From Candidatus Nanopelagicales bacterium (GTDB lineage: Bacteria > Actinomycetota > Actinomycetes > S36-B12 > JBBQYX01), in contig JBBQYX010000009.1 in NCBI GenBank assembly GCA_038208295.1, positions 42 to 64,041 of the forward strand: a stretch of DNA of 64,000 nt, given 5' to 3'. The position numbers and the translations under genes were made by a program. The notes beneath the pieces are model-generated. The model saw nothing but the letters and a program-made list of their open reading frames with translations, was not told the DNA's origin and made no database searches. Shown piece by piece: positions 8,550 through 17,269 of this stretch. The stretch's first letter is position 1; every line of letters begins with the position of its first letter.

Positions 8550-9670
8550 GTGTCGTCGACGAGACCGGCAACCCGGCCGACCAGTCCGACGAGTCGGCCG
8601 CGGGTCCGCGGGTCGACACCGGCCCCGCCATCGCCGCGGCGGCAGCGGCCGCGGCACAACTGCCGCTGCCCAGCGCCCTCGAACCCGGCGACCCCGAGGT
8701 GGGCGACGAGCCGTATCCCCCGCCGGCCCCCACCCAGGTCCTGCAGGTGGTTCTGTCCGGCGAGCGCTCCGGTGACCTGCTGCTCGTCCTCGGCGTCACC
8801 CTCGCTGGCCAGCTGAGCGAGGGCCCGCTGGCCGGTCAGGACACGCTGACGCTGCTGCAACCGGCCTTGGAAGCCGCCGCGGCAGCTCTGGGGTGCACCG
8901 CCGGCCCAGCGGCGGAGGTCCCGCTGTCCGCGCTGCCCGGCACCGACGACCAGATCAGCGTTCCGCTGCTGCTGGACGGATCGCACAAGGCCACCCTGGC
9001 GATCCGCATCGATGGCGGGTTCCCGCTCGCAACCGAGACCGGCATGGACACCGAGGTGCGGGACATTACCGAGGCGATACCGGCACCGGCACCCGTACCG
9101 GCGGCGGAACAAGCGCCAGCACCAGCCCAGACACCGCAGTATGAATCACCGCAGTATGAATCACCGCAGTTGCTGCCACCCCAGGACCTGCCGCCGCAAT
9201 ACCAGGCGCCGCAGAACCAACCGCAGTACCAGAATCAACCGCAGTACCAGAATCAACCGCAGTACCAGGCGCCGCAGTATCAGAACGCGCCCAGCGGATA
9301 CGCACCCGTGCCCGGCCCGCGGCCGGGCCCGGTGGCCTCCAGCCACATCCAGCCCTACCAGCCCCGGCCCGGGCTGGACATGCTGCGGGACGTCGAGATG
9401 GAGATCACCGTCGAGATCGGGCGAACCCGGATGCCCGTACGGGCACTGCTGGAACTCGCCCCCGGCCAGGTCATCGAACTCGACCGGGCCGCCGGAACAC
9501 CCGCGGATCTGCTGGTCAACGGAACCCTGCTCGCGCGCGGCGAGATCGTCGTGGTCGACGAAGACTTCGGTCTGCGGGTCACCGAGATCGTGCACAACGG
9601 CCCGGACGCGGATCGGGCCTTTGTCTCCCCGGCGCAGTTCGGTGGGATGAACAGCGGTCCGGTGGGTTGA
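8546..9670 (+). CDS. fliN: Flagellar motor switch protein FliN/FliY-type (long N-terminal region plus C-terminal SpoA domain)
   Basis: ATGA overlap with fliM. C-terminal SpoA/FliN domain LDMLRDVEMEITVEIGRTRMPVRALLELAPGQVIELDRAAGTPADLLVNGTLLARGEIVVVDEDFGLRVTEIV. A Pro/Gln/Tyr-rich repeat linker lies upstream of it. Confidence 0.85.
   Translation: MSVVDETGNPADQSDESAAGPRVDTGPAIAAAAAAAAQLPLPSALEPGDPEVGDEPYPPPAPTQVLQVVLSGERSGDLLLVLGVTLAGQLSEGPLAGQDTLTLLQPALEAAAAALGCTAGPAAEVPLSALPGTDDQISVPLLLDGSHKATLAIRIDGGFPLATETGMDTEVRDITEAIPAPAPVPAAEQAPAPAQTPQYESPQYESPQLLPPQDLPPQYQAPQNQPQYQNQPQYQNQPQYQAPQYQNAPSGYAPVPGPRPGPVASSHIQPYQPRPGLDMLRDVEMEITVEIGRTRMPVRALLELAPGQVIELDRAAGTPADLLVNGTLLARGEIVVVDEDFGLRVTEIVHNGPDADRAFVSPAQFGGMNSGPVG
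9132..9170 (+). repeat. 15-bp tandem repeat (about 2.6 copies) inside fliN, encoding SPQYE repeats
   Basis: caccgcagtatgaat repeated head to tail at 9132-9146 and 9147-9161, with a partial copy at 9162-9170. Confidence 0.9.
9218..9268 (+). repeat. 18-bp tandem repeat (about 2.8 copies) inside fliN, encoding NQPQYQ repeats
   Basis: caaccgcagtaccagaat at 9218-9235 and 9236-9253, with a partial copy at 9254-9268. Confidence 0.9.
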
Positions 9671-9677
9671 GGAACTG

Positions 9678-10220
9678 ATGGACACCGCGGGATTGGTCGC
9701 GAGGGTATGCCTGTCGCTGGGCGCCGTCATGGGTCTGATCTGGTTGACGGCGGTCATCCTGCGCGGACGTACCGGTGCGCGCAATGCCTCTGTGCTGGAA
9801 GTCGTTGCACGCCAACCACTATCCAAGCATGCCTGCGTCACAATGGTGCGCCTGGGAGACAAGGGCATTCTGCTGGGCGTCACCGAGGAACACGTGAGCG
9901 TCCTGGGTGAGACCGAACTGCCGGCACCCGAGCAGCCGGCCCGCCGCCGCGGTCGCATGTTGGCCCACAAGTCCGTCGAGTCCACGATCGCCATCAAAAG
10001 CGCGCCTGGCCTACGTGCGGTCCCGGCACTGGGCGTCAGGCAGGACATCGCGAACGCCCAGCCAGACCTGGACGACGTGCTGGCAGCAACCGGTACCGAC
10101 GGCACAGTCGACACACTGAGAAACGCGGCGCGTCCCTCAGCACTGCATGGCTCGATCCTGTCCCCCGCTACCTGGCGGCAGACCGTGGATGCCCTGCGGG
10201 AGCGGACGGTCCGTCGATGA
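9678..10220 (+). CDS. fliO: Flagellar biosynthesis protein FliO/FliZ
   Basis: GAGGAA upstream of the start. N-terminal TM (VCLSLGAVMGLIWLTAVIL), then LEVVARQPLSKHACVTMVRLGDKGILLGVTEEHVSVL, which is FliO-like. Sits immediately before fliP with an ATGA overlap. Confidence 0.6.
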   Translation: MDTAGLVARVCLSLGAVMGLIWLTAVILRGRTGARNASVLEVVARQPLSKHACVTMVRLGDKGILLGVTEEHVSVLGETELPAPEQPARRRGRMLAHKSVESTIAIKSAPGLRAVPALGVRQDIANAQPDLDDVLAATGTDGTVDTLRNAARPSALHGSILSPATWRQTVDALRERTVRR

Positions 10221-11005
10221 CCGCCAGGATCAGTCGCGTCGCCACAACCCTGCTGGGGACGGCGACCGTGCTGATCACCAGTGCCGTCGTGGCACCCGCT
10301 GCCTTCGGCGCCCCGCTGCCGACCCCCACCCCGTCCGGGTCACCGGCCTCGATCCAGATCGAACTCCCCGGCACTGACCAGCCGTCGACCTCGATCATCG
10401 TGCTGCTGGGCCTGACGCTGCTGTCGGTGGCCCCGGCAGCTTTGCTGCTGACAACGTCGTTCACCAAGATCATCGTCGTTCTGTCGCTGACCCGGAACGC
10501 CCTCGGCCTGCAGTCAGTGCCGCCCAACCAGGTTCTTGCCGGACTGGCCATGTTTCTCAGCCTGTTCATCATGGCGCCGGTTGTCAGCCAGATCAACACG
10601 CAGGCGGTCCAGCCCTACCTGGACGGGGCGATCACCGTCAATCAGGCCTACGACGTCGGGGTGGAGCCCCTGCGTACGTTCATGTTGGAGCACACCCGCC
10701 AGGACGAACTCCAGTTGATGATCAAGCTCTCGAAGTCGGATCAGCCGGCCAACGAGAAGGACGTGTCGATGACCACCCTGGTCCCGGCCTTCGTCCTGTC
10801 CGAACTGCGCGCCGCCTTCATCATCGGATTCGTCATCTTCCTCCCGTTCCTGATCATCGACATGGTCGTCAGCGGACTACTGATGGCAATCGGCACCATG
10901 ATGCTGCCCCCGGTGATGATCTCTTTGCCGTTCAAGTTGTTGCTGTTCGTCCTCGTCGACGGCTGGGGACTGGTGGTCACGGCGCTGGTGACGAGTTACC
11001 AATGA
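10217..11005 (+). CDS. fliP: Flagellar export gate protein FliP
   Basis: Signal-like N-terminus. Canonical FliP blocks are present (TSFTKIIVVLSLTRNALG, MFLSLFIMAPV, PAFVLSELRAAFIIGFVIFLPFLIIDMVVSGLLMAIGTMMLPPVMISLPFKLLLFVLVDGW). Confidence 0.95.
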   Translation: MTARISRVATTLLGTATVLITSAVVAPAAFGAPLPTPTPSGSPASIQIELPGTDQPSTSIIVLLGLTLLSVAPAALLLTTSFTKIIVVLSLTRNALGLQSVPPNQVLAGLAMFLSLFIMAPVVSQINTQAVQPYLDGAITVNQAYDVGVEPLRTFMLEHTRQDELQLMIKLSKSDQPANEKDVSMTTLVPAFVLSELRAAFIIGFVIFLPFLIIDMVVSGLLMAIGTMMLPPVMISLPFKLLLFVLVDGWGLVVTALVTSYQ

Positions 11006-11078
11006 CGAGCATGCAGCACGACTCGCTGGGAATCGATGCACGCACTGTCCAACCGCATACCTTGGGAGTAAACCCCTC

Positions 11079-11354
11079 ATGAACGACACCCAGGTCGTCC
11101 AACTCGGTATGCAGGCGATGATCGTCGCCGCGAAACTCTCCGCGCCCATCCTGCTCACGGCGCTCGCCGTGGGTTTCGCGATCTCCCTGGTGCAGACCAT
11201 GACCCAGATCCAGGAGATGACGCTGTCCTTCGTACCGAAGATCGTCGCTGTCGGCACCGCCATCCTGGTCAGCGGCAACTGGATGCTGCACGAACTCACC
11301 GGATTCACCCTGGAGGCCTTCGCATTCATCCCGCAGCTTCTCGGCAAGGGCTGA
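11079..11354 (+). CDS. fliQ: Flagellar export gate protein FliQ
   Basis: 91 aa. MQAMIVAAKLSAPILLTALAVGFAISLVQTMTQIQEMTLSFVPKIVAV is typical FliQ. Confidence 0.9.
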   Translation: MNDTQVVQLGMQAMIVAAKLSAPILLTALAVGFAISLVQTMTQIQEMTLSFVPKIVAVGTAILVSGNWMLHELTGFTLEAFAFIPQLLGKG

Positions 11355-11394
11355 GCCGCGCTGCGATGTGTACGACAGCGCTGGCGACACGGCC

Positions 11395-12156
11395 ATGACA
11401 GGCCCCTCGGCCGTCGACCTGATGGCCTTCCTGCTGGTGACCACGCGGGTCATGGCGTGGCTGGCCATCTCGCCACCGTTCAACGGCCGCAACGTCCCGG
11501 CCACCGTGAAGGCACTGCTCGCCGCCGCCATCGGCCTGCTCCTGACGCCGAGCACCGTGGCGCACGTACCCAGCCTGGACACCGCCTCGATTGTCAGTGC
11601 CATCGTCGTCCAGGTTCTGGTAGGAGCCGCACTGGGGTTCATGACGCTGGTTTTCGTCGCGGCCGTCCAGGCCGCCGGGAACCTGATCGACCTGTTCGGT
11701 GGTTTTTCGCTGTCCGCCGCGTATGACCCATTGTCGATGAACGGAAACTCCGTCTTCGGCCGCCTGCACCAGTTCCTTGCCGCGGTGTTGATGCTGGTCA
11801 CCGGTGCGTACGCACTCTGCCTGGCCGGACTGTCCCGATCGTTCGACCTGGTGCCGTTGGACGGGTCCGTCGACTGGTTGGGGGACATCACCGAGGTCGG
11901 GGGGGCACTGGGCGCCATGTTCCTGGCCGCCGTCCAGCTCGCCGCCCCGCTGATCGGCGTCATGTTCCTCGCCGATGTCGGCCTGGGGCTGATGACCCGG
12001 ATCGCACCGGCGCTGAACGCCTTCTCGCTCGGCTTCCCGCTGAAAATCATGGTCGTCCTGGTCCTGGTCGGCTTCACGTTCCCGCTGCTGCCGAGCGCTG
12101 TCACGTCCCTGGTCACCGACGGGGTCACCGCCGGACTGACCCTGATCGGCGGCTGA
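11395..12156 (+). CDS. fliR: Flagellar export gate protein FliR
   Basis: Multi-TM protein (LLVTTRVMAWLAISPPF, VGAALGF, FSLGFPLKIMVVLV) between fliQ and flhB. The ORF-track start is GTG 11368; ATG 11395 (MTGPSAVDL..) is the more typical FliR N-terminus. Confidence 0.88.
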   Translation: MTGPSAVDLMAFLLVTTRVMAWLAISPPFNGRNVPATVKALLAAAIGLLLTPSTVAHVPSLDTASIVSAIVVQVLVGAALGFMTLVFVAAVQAAGNLIDLFGGFSLSAAYDPLSMNGNSVFGRLHQFLAAVLMLVTGAYALCLAGLSRSFDLVPLDGSVDWLGDITEVGGALGAMFLAAVQLAAPLIGVMFLADVGLGLMTRIAPALNAFSLGFPLKIMVVLVLVGFTFPLLPSAVTSLVTDGVTAGLTLIGG

Positions 12157-12160
12157 TCCG

Positions 12161-13288
12161 ATGGCCGCCGGCAGCTCCGACAAGACCGAGCAACCGACCC
12201 CGAAACGGCTCAAGGACGCCAAGCGCGACGGCAACGTCGCCCGGTCCCCCGACATCACCGCGTGGCTCGGCATCCTGGGTATGTCCGTGCTGATGCAGCT
12301 CACCATCAGCCGTACGTACGACGCAGCAGCCGCCACCATGCTCAGCGTCCGCTCCATCACTGCAGACCCCGATCCCGGGCAAGCGCTGGCACTGCTTGGC
12401 GAAGGACTGAAACTGGCCGCCCTGGCGGTGCTGCCGCTGTTCGCGGCGCTGATGCTCATCGCGGTCATCGGCGGTGCGGCCCAAGGCGGCGCGATGCCGG
12501 TCCCGAAGCGGCTGAAACCCAAGTTCAGCAAACTCAACCCCTGGAACGGCCTCAAACGCGCCTTCGGCCCGCAGGGCGGCTGGGAGATGATCAAGGCGCT
12601 GCTGAAGTCGACCCTGGTCGGGATCCTGGTCTATCGCGCCGTCGTCGACATCACCCCTGTGGTGATGGGATCCGGTGCCCTGCCAGTGCGGGCGGTGGTG
12701 ATGACCATTGGCACCACTGCCGTGTCGTTGGTCCGTAACGTGGCCGCGGCGGCGTTGGTGCTGGCCGCGGTGGACTACTTCGTCTCCTGGCGGCGCATCC
12801 GCAAACAGGTCCGGATGACCCGCAAGGAGGTCACCGACGAGAACAAGCAGGCCGAAGGCGACCCGCAGGTGAAGGCATCGCTGCGGCAACGGGCCCAGGC
12901 ACTCAGCCGCAACCGGATGATGGCCGACGTCCCGCAGGCCGACGTCGTCATCCTCAACCCCACGCACATCGCCGTCGCGTTGAAATACAGCCCCGGCAAG
13001 GGTGCGCCCCGGGTGGTCGCCAAGGGCGCGGGGGTGGTGGCGGCTCGGATCCGGGCCTTGGCCAGCGAGAACCGGGTGCCGATGGTGGAGGACAAGCCGT
13101 TGGCCAGGGCACTGCACAAGACGTGTGACATCGGCCAGGAGGTCCCTCGGGACCTATACACCGCGGTGGCGCGCATCCTCGCCTTCGTCATGGCCCTGAA
13201 GAAGCGTGGCACCGCGGCCGGGGTGCACACGTCCGCGTCGATGGCGCGCAGCGCGGCCCTGGCCGCCCGGCAACCCGTACGCGCCTGA
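12161..13288 (+). CDS. flhB: Flagellar export switch protein FlhB
   Basis: DKTEQPTPKRLKDAKRDGNVARSPD N-terminus, four TM segments, and the NPTH autocleavage motif (VILNPTHIAVALKY). Confidence 0.95.
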   Translation: MAAGSSDKTEQPTPKRLKDAKRDGNVARSPDITAWLGILGMSVLMQLTISRTYDAAAATMLSVRSITADPDPGQALALLGEGLKLAALAVLPLFAALMLIAVIGGAAQGGAMPVPKRLKPKFSKLNPWNGLKRAFGPQGGWEMIKALLKSTLVGILVYRAVVDITPVVMGSGALPVRAVVMTIGTTAVSLVRNVAAAALVLAAVDYFVSWRRIRKQVRMTRKEVTDENKQAEGDPQVKASLRQRAQALSRNRMMADVPQADVVILNPTHIAVALKYSPGKGAPRVVAKGAGVVAARIRALASENRVPMVEDKPLARALHKTCDIGQEVPRDLYTAVARILAFVMALKKRGTAAGVHTSASMARSAALAARQPVRA

Positions 13289-13419
13289 GCGCAAACTCGA
13301 TCACCCGCCCGGGTCAGCCCGAACCGCTCAGGTGCCGACCGCACCCTGCCGATGGGGAAATGCCAGGACGGCACGTACGGCCACGGAACGGCGACGCCCG
13401 CTGACGAGGGACCAGTTGC

Positions 13420-15480
13420 GTGTCCGGTCTACGCCTGAGCCAGTTCTCGGTGCCCGTCGCCGTCGTCGCGATCATCGCCATGATGATCGTGCCCCTCCCG
13501 CCGGCCGCCCTGGACCTGCTGATCTCCTGCAACATCGCCTTCGCGCTGGTGGTGTTGCTGATGTCGATGTACGTCCGCAAACCGCTGGACTTCTCGATCT
13601 TTCCCTCGCTGCTGCTGGTCGCCACCTTGTTCCGGTTGGCGCTGAACGTTTCCGTCACCCGCCAGGTACTAGTCAACGGCTACGCCGGTCAGGTTGTCGA
13701 CGCCTTCGGGCACTTCGTCATCGGCGGTTCGCTGGTCGTCGGCCTGGTCATCTTCCTGATTCTGATCGTCATCCAGTTCGTCGTCATCACCAACGGTGCC
13801 GGCCGGGTCGCCGAGGTGGGCGCCCGCTTCACCCTGGACGCGATGCCCGGCAAGCAGATGGCCATCGACGCCGACCTGAACGCGGGCCTGATCGACGACG
13901 ACGAGGCGCGCCGGCGGCGCCGGGAGATCGCGGCCGAAGCCGACTTCTACGGCGCGATGGACGGTGGCTCCAAGTTCGTCAAGGGCGACGCCATCGCAGC
14001 CGTGATCATCACCATCATCAACCTGGTCGGGGGGCTGCTCATCGGTGTGCTGCAGCGCGGCATGGAGGTCGGCGAGGCCGTCTCGCAGTACTCCCTGCTG
14101 ACCGTCGGCGACGGCCTGGTCTCCCAGGTCCCCGCGCTGATGCTCTCGGTCGCGACCGGCCTGGTGGTCACCCGCGCAGCCACCGACCAGGACATGGGCG
14201 CCGACGTCATCACCCAATTCGGGATGCAGCAGCGCGCCCTGCAACTCGGCGGCGCCGGTGTCCTCGCGATGATGCTCATCCCCGGGCTGCCGAAAGTGCC
14301 GTTCATCCTCGTCGGCGGGACGATCCTTTTCATTGCCAGCCGGGTCAAGGCCCCGATCACTGCAGCTCAGGAGGCCGAGGTTCGTGCCGTGGAGGCGCGG
14401 GCCAAGACGCCGGTTGTCGCCCCGGATTCCCCCGAAGCGCTCATCGAAGAGATGCGCGTCGACCCGGTGGAACTCGAAGTCGCCTATGACGTCGTCGACC
14501 TGGTCGACCCCAACCAGGGTGGCGATCTACTCGCCCGGGTCAAGGGTCTGCGCCGCAAACTCGCCCTGGAACTAGGCATGATGCTGCCCCCGGTCCGAAC
14601 TCGCGACGACCTGGAACTGCCCCTGTCGACGTATCGCATCCGACTGCACGGGGTGGAGGTCGCCCGCGGCCAGGCGCCGCCGCTGCGAGTGCTGGCCATC
14701 GGGGACAACCTCGACGTCCTGCCCGGTGAGGACACCCGCGAGCCGGTATTCGGGCTGCCCGCGAAGTGGATCAGCGCGGACCTGCAACGGCAAGCGGAAC
14801 TGTCCGGCGCGACCGTGGTCGACCGGGCCTCCGTCGTGACCACTCACCTGGCCGAGGTCGTACGGGACAACGCCAGCCGACTGCTGGGCCGCGAGGATGT
14901 GCGATTCCTCGTCGATGCCGTCAAGCGCAACAACCCGGTTGTCGTGGAGGAACTCACGCCAGCGGTCCTCACCCTCGGTGAGATTCAGCGAGTCCTGCAG
15001 CAGCTCTTGGAGGAGCGGGTCCCGATCCGTGACCTCGTCCGCATCTTCGAGGCCCTGTCCGCGCGCGGCCGGCACGGCACCGACCTGGACGGCCTCGTCG
15101 AAGCTGCCCGAGCCACCCTCGGCCCGGCCATCTGCGCCGCCTACACCAACGACGGATCGCTGCACGTCATCACGCTGGACCCCATGGTCGAGCAAGAGAT
15201 GCTCGGGCAGTTGCGCACCAGCGACCAGGGCTCGTTCCTGCTGCTCGACAGCGCACAACTGGTCAGCATGGGCCAGCAGATCACTCGGTTGGTCGAGGAC
15301 GGGGAACGCAGCGGATACCAACCGGTCCTGGTCTGCGCCGCGCAGATCCGCTCCGCACTGCGCAGGTTGTTGCGTACGGAGTTCCCGCGGCTCGGCGTCC
15401 TGGCCTACACCGAACTCGGCGGACCCGCTGAGATCCAAGCGATCGGGGTGGTGAGCGGTGCCCACGTACGTGCTGCCTGA
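13420..15480 (+). CDS. flhA: Flagellar export gate protein FlhA
   Basis: FRLALNVSVTRQVL, GRVAEVGARFTLDAMPGKQMAIDADL and FYGAMDGGSKFVKGDAIA, plus a large cytoplasmic C-domain. 686 aa. Confidence 0.95.
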   Translation: MSGLRLSQFSVPVAVVAIIAMMIVPLPPAALDLLISCNIAFALVVLLMSMYVRKPLDFSIFPSLLLVATLFRLALNVSVTRQVLVNGYAGQVVDAFGHFVIGGSLVVGLVIFLILIVIQFVVITNGAGRVAEVGARFTLDAMPGKQMAIDADLNAGLIDDDEARRRRREIAAEADFYGAMDGGSKFVKGDAIAAVIITIINLVGGLLIGVLQRGMEVGEAVSQYSLLTVGDGLVSQVPALMLSVATGLVVTRAATDQDMGADVITQFGMQQRALQLGGAGVLAMMLIPGLPKVPFILVGGTILFIASRVKAPITAAQEAEVRAVEARAKTPVVAPDSPEALIEEMRVDPVELEVAYDVVDLVDPNQGGDLLARVKGLRRKLALELGMMLPPVRTRDDLELPLSTYRIRLHGVEVARGQAPPLRVLAIGDNLDVLPGEDTREPVFGLPAKWISADLQRQAELSGATVVDRASVVTTHLAEVVRDNASRLLGREDVRFLVDAVKRNNPVVVEELTPAVLTLGEIQRVLQQLLEERVPIRDLVRIFEALSARGRHGTDLDGLVEAARATLGPAICAAYTNDGSLHVITLDPMVEQEMLGQLRTSDQGSFLLLDSAQLVSMGQQITRLVEDGERSGYQPVLVCAAQIRSALRRLLRTEFPRLGVLAYTELGGPAEIQAIGVVSGAHVRAA

Positions 15481-15529
15481 CAGGTTCCCACCCGCGTGCC
15501 GAATGACCCGGCGAACGGAGCGTTGAGTC

Positions 15530-17269
15530 GTGTCTACCCGTCTCCTTCTCCAGGGCACCGACATCGAGGAACTCCTCGAACAAATCCGTAGCGAGCACGG
15601 CTCCGCCGCTCGGATCGTGCGGGCCGAGCGCATCCGTACCGGCGGTGTGGCGGGTTTCTTCGCCAAGGAACGGTTCGAGGTCAGCGTCGAGGTCGCCGCC
15701 ACGGAGGCAGAAACGGCCCCGGCACAAACTGCGGGCCGGCCGTTTCCCCTGGATACTGCGCTGCCCGGGGATACTTCGCTACCCAGGAATACCGCGCTAC
15801 CCAGGGACACTGCGCTGCCGACGGGCAGTGCGGCGGCCCGCATCCCGAGACTGCCCGCAGAGCCCGCAATGTCAACGCCCGCACTGTCAACGCCCGCTCT
15901 GTCCACGCCCGCTCTGTCCACGCCCGCTCTGTCAACGCCCGCTCTGTCAACGCCCGCGATGCCAACGCCGGCCGTGCCAAGCCCCGCAGCGCCAAGGCTG
16001 GCAGCGCCGGATGATTCTGCGGGGCCGTTGGCAATGCGCCTGCTCGCCGCCTACGACCAGCAGGACCGCCTGGAGTCATTCACGGCCGCTCAGGCAACAG
16101 CACCAACAGCTGAGTCCCTGCCGGGGCCCATGGCTGTCTCGGTCGCCGCATCGGCACCGGCTGCTGGGGCCGCACCAACGGCAACGCACGCCCCCGCGCC
16201 GCTGGTTGGGACCGCACGAGCCACTGACGCCGCGCCCAGTTCTTTCGTCCCACTGTTTGCGGCGGAACGCACCGACGAACTCCTCGACGACGGTTTCGCG
16301 GCCGTGTTGGCCCGCTTGGCCGCGGCCCAGGTAGCGCGGTCTGCGCAGGAGACCTCTGCGGAAATCCCCAGCCCGCCGACCGACGTCACTGCCGCAGCCG
16401 CCGCCACACCCACGCAGCCAAGCACCGGACCCATCCCCGACGGGCCCATCCCCGCCGATGCCGCGGCACTCATCCCGGCCGAGTCGGCCGCGAGCGACGT
16501 CGAACCCACCAGCAGCGCCGCGGCAGCCGCCGCCACGCAGCCGGCACCCAACCCCGCAGCGTCCCCCGCGGCCAAGACCCGCCCGGCATCAGCTGCAAAG
16601 AACGGCCGCAAGCCGACCACCCGACCAGCCTTGGCCACGGCAAGCCCCCTCGCGGCGACCTCGGCAGTCGCGCCGGGTGTGAGCCAGCTGCCGGTCGAGA
16701 CCATGGCGACGCCGGCCCCGCCGCGCGGCCCCGGCCAGGTACTCGCCTTCGTCGGCGCAGCCGAGGCGGCCTACGCTGCCGCGACCGAGCAGGCCCGCCG
16801 GATGCGGGTCCCGGGAACCCGGGTGCTGCTCGCCAGCCCCGAGCCGATCGCCGCCCGGGTGCCGCCCGCGCGGCGGTTGGCAGATCCCGCGGCGGCGCTG
16901 GGCAAGGCCGCAACCTTCCCGACCAGCGGCGGCGTCACGATCGTCGCCGTCGACGCCCCGCTGAGCGTCGGCTGGGACCCCGAGGTGGCCTCGTGGACCC
17001 GCGGCCTAATCGCGGCGTTGGCCCCGGAGGCGATCTGGGCCGTCGTGGACGCCACCCGCAAGCCCGCGGACCTCACCGACTGGTTAACCGCCCTGGGCCG
17101 GGTCGATGCGATCGCCGTGCAGAACGCCGCCGCCACCCGTGATTTCTCGACGGTCACGTCGCTGGGCGTCCCCGTGGCGACCGTCGACGGCCGGCCACCG
17201 CGTCGCGGCGAGCTGTCGGCAGCTCGACCGTTGACCGTGGGCGCTGACACAGACTGGGGCGTCGCATGA
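15530..17269 (+). CDS. FlhF-like protein with apparently degenerate GTPase motifs and a long low-complexity middle region
   Basis: Occupies the slot after flhA. The N-terminus MSTRLLLQGTDIEELLEQIRSEHGSAARIVRAERIRTGG..FAKERFEVSVEV resembles FlhF B-domain N-termini. The C-terminal region of about 190 aa reads QVLAFVGAAEAAY.., VTIVAVDAPL.., DAIAVQNAAAT.. where FlhF has the G1, G3 and G4 motifs. Confidence 0.5.
   Translation: MSTRLLLQGTDIEELLEQIRSEHGSAARIVRAERIRTGGVAGFFAKERFEVSVEVAATEAETAPAQTAGRPFPLDTALPGDTSLPRNTALPRDTALPTGSAAARIPRLPAEPAMSTPALSTPALSTPALSTPALSTPALSTPAMPTPAVPSPAAPRLAAPDDSAGPLAMRLLAAYDQQDRLESFTAAQATAPTAESLPGPMAVSVAASAPAAGAAPTATHAPAPLVGTARATDAAPSSFVPLFAAERTDELLDDGFAAVLARLAAAQVARSAQETSAEIPSPPTDVTAAAAATPTQPSTGPIPDGPIPADAAALIPAESAASDVEPTSSAAAAAATQPAPNPAASPAAKTRPASAAKNGRKPTTRPALATASPLAATSAVAPGVSQLPVETMATPAPPRGPGQVLAFVGAAEAAYAAATEQARRMRVPGTRVLLASPEPIAARVPPARRLADPAAALGKAATFPTSGGVTIVAVDAPLSVGWDPEVASWTRGLIAALAPEAIWAVVDATRKPADLTDWLTALGRVDAIAVQNAAATRDFSTVTSLGVPVATVDGRPPRRGELSAARPLTVGADTDWGVA
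15752..15823 (+). repeat. 18-bp imperfect tandem repeat x4 in the flhF-like gene (DTALPG/DTSLPR/NTALPR/DTALPT)
   Basis: gatactgcgctgcccggg-type units at 15752, 15770, 15788 and 15806. Confidence 0.8.
15871..15975 (+). repeat. 15-bp tandem repeat, about 7 copies, in the flhF-like gene (STPAL pentapeptide repeats)
   Basis: gtcaacgcccgcact / gtccacgcccgctct units run back to back from 15871. The last copy is degenerate. Confidence 0.9.

Noticed and set aside
13328-13355. TCAG-N16-GCCGATGG in the flhB-flhA gap (possible internal sigma-28 promoter for flhA)
   Set aside because: The spacer is one nt longer and the -10 reads GATGG instead of GATAG. On sequence alone this is insufficient. It is worth a look only if TSS data exist.
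13206-14489. 427-aa plus-strand ORF overlapping the flhB end and flhA out of frame (also 8060..9112, 10977..12128, 11326..12594, 14572..15921, 18096..19472, 55477..56505, 57386..58567 and similar)
   Set aside because: All overlap genes with strong homology signatures in another frame or strand, and they have Arg/Pro/Gly-dominated composition. They are treated as GC-driven spurious ORFs.
15871-15975. A regular 15-bp repeat array that at first glance could be taken for a CRISPR-like or minisatellite locus
   Set aside because: The units are contiguous with no spacers and far too short for CRISPR repeats. They are in frame inside a high-GC3 ORF, where they encode STPAL repeats.
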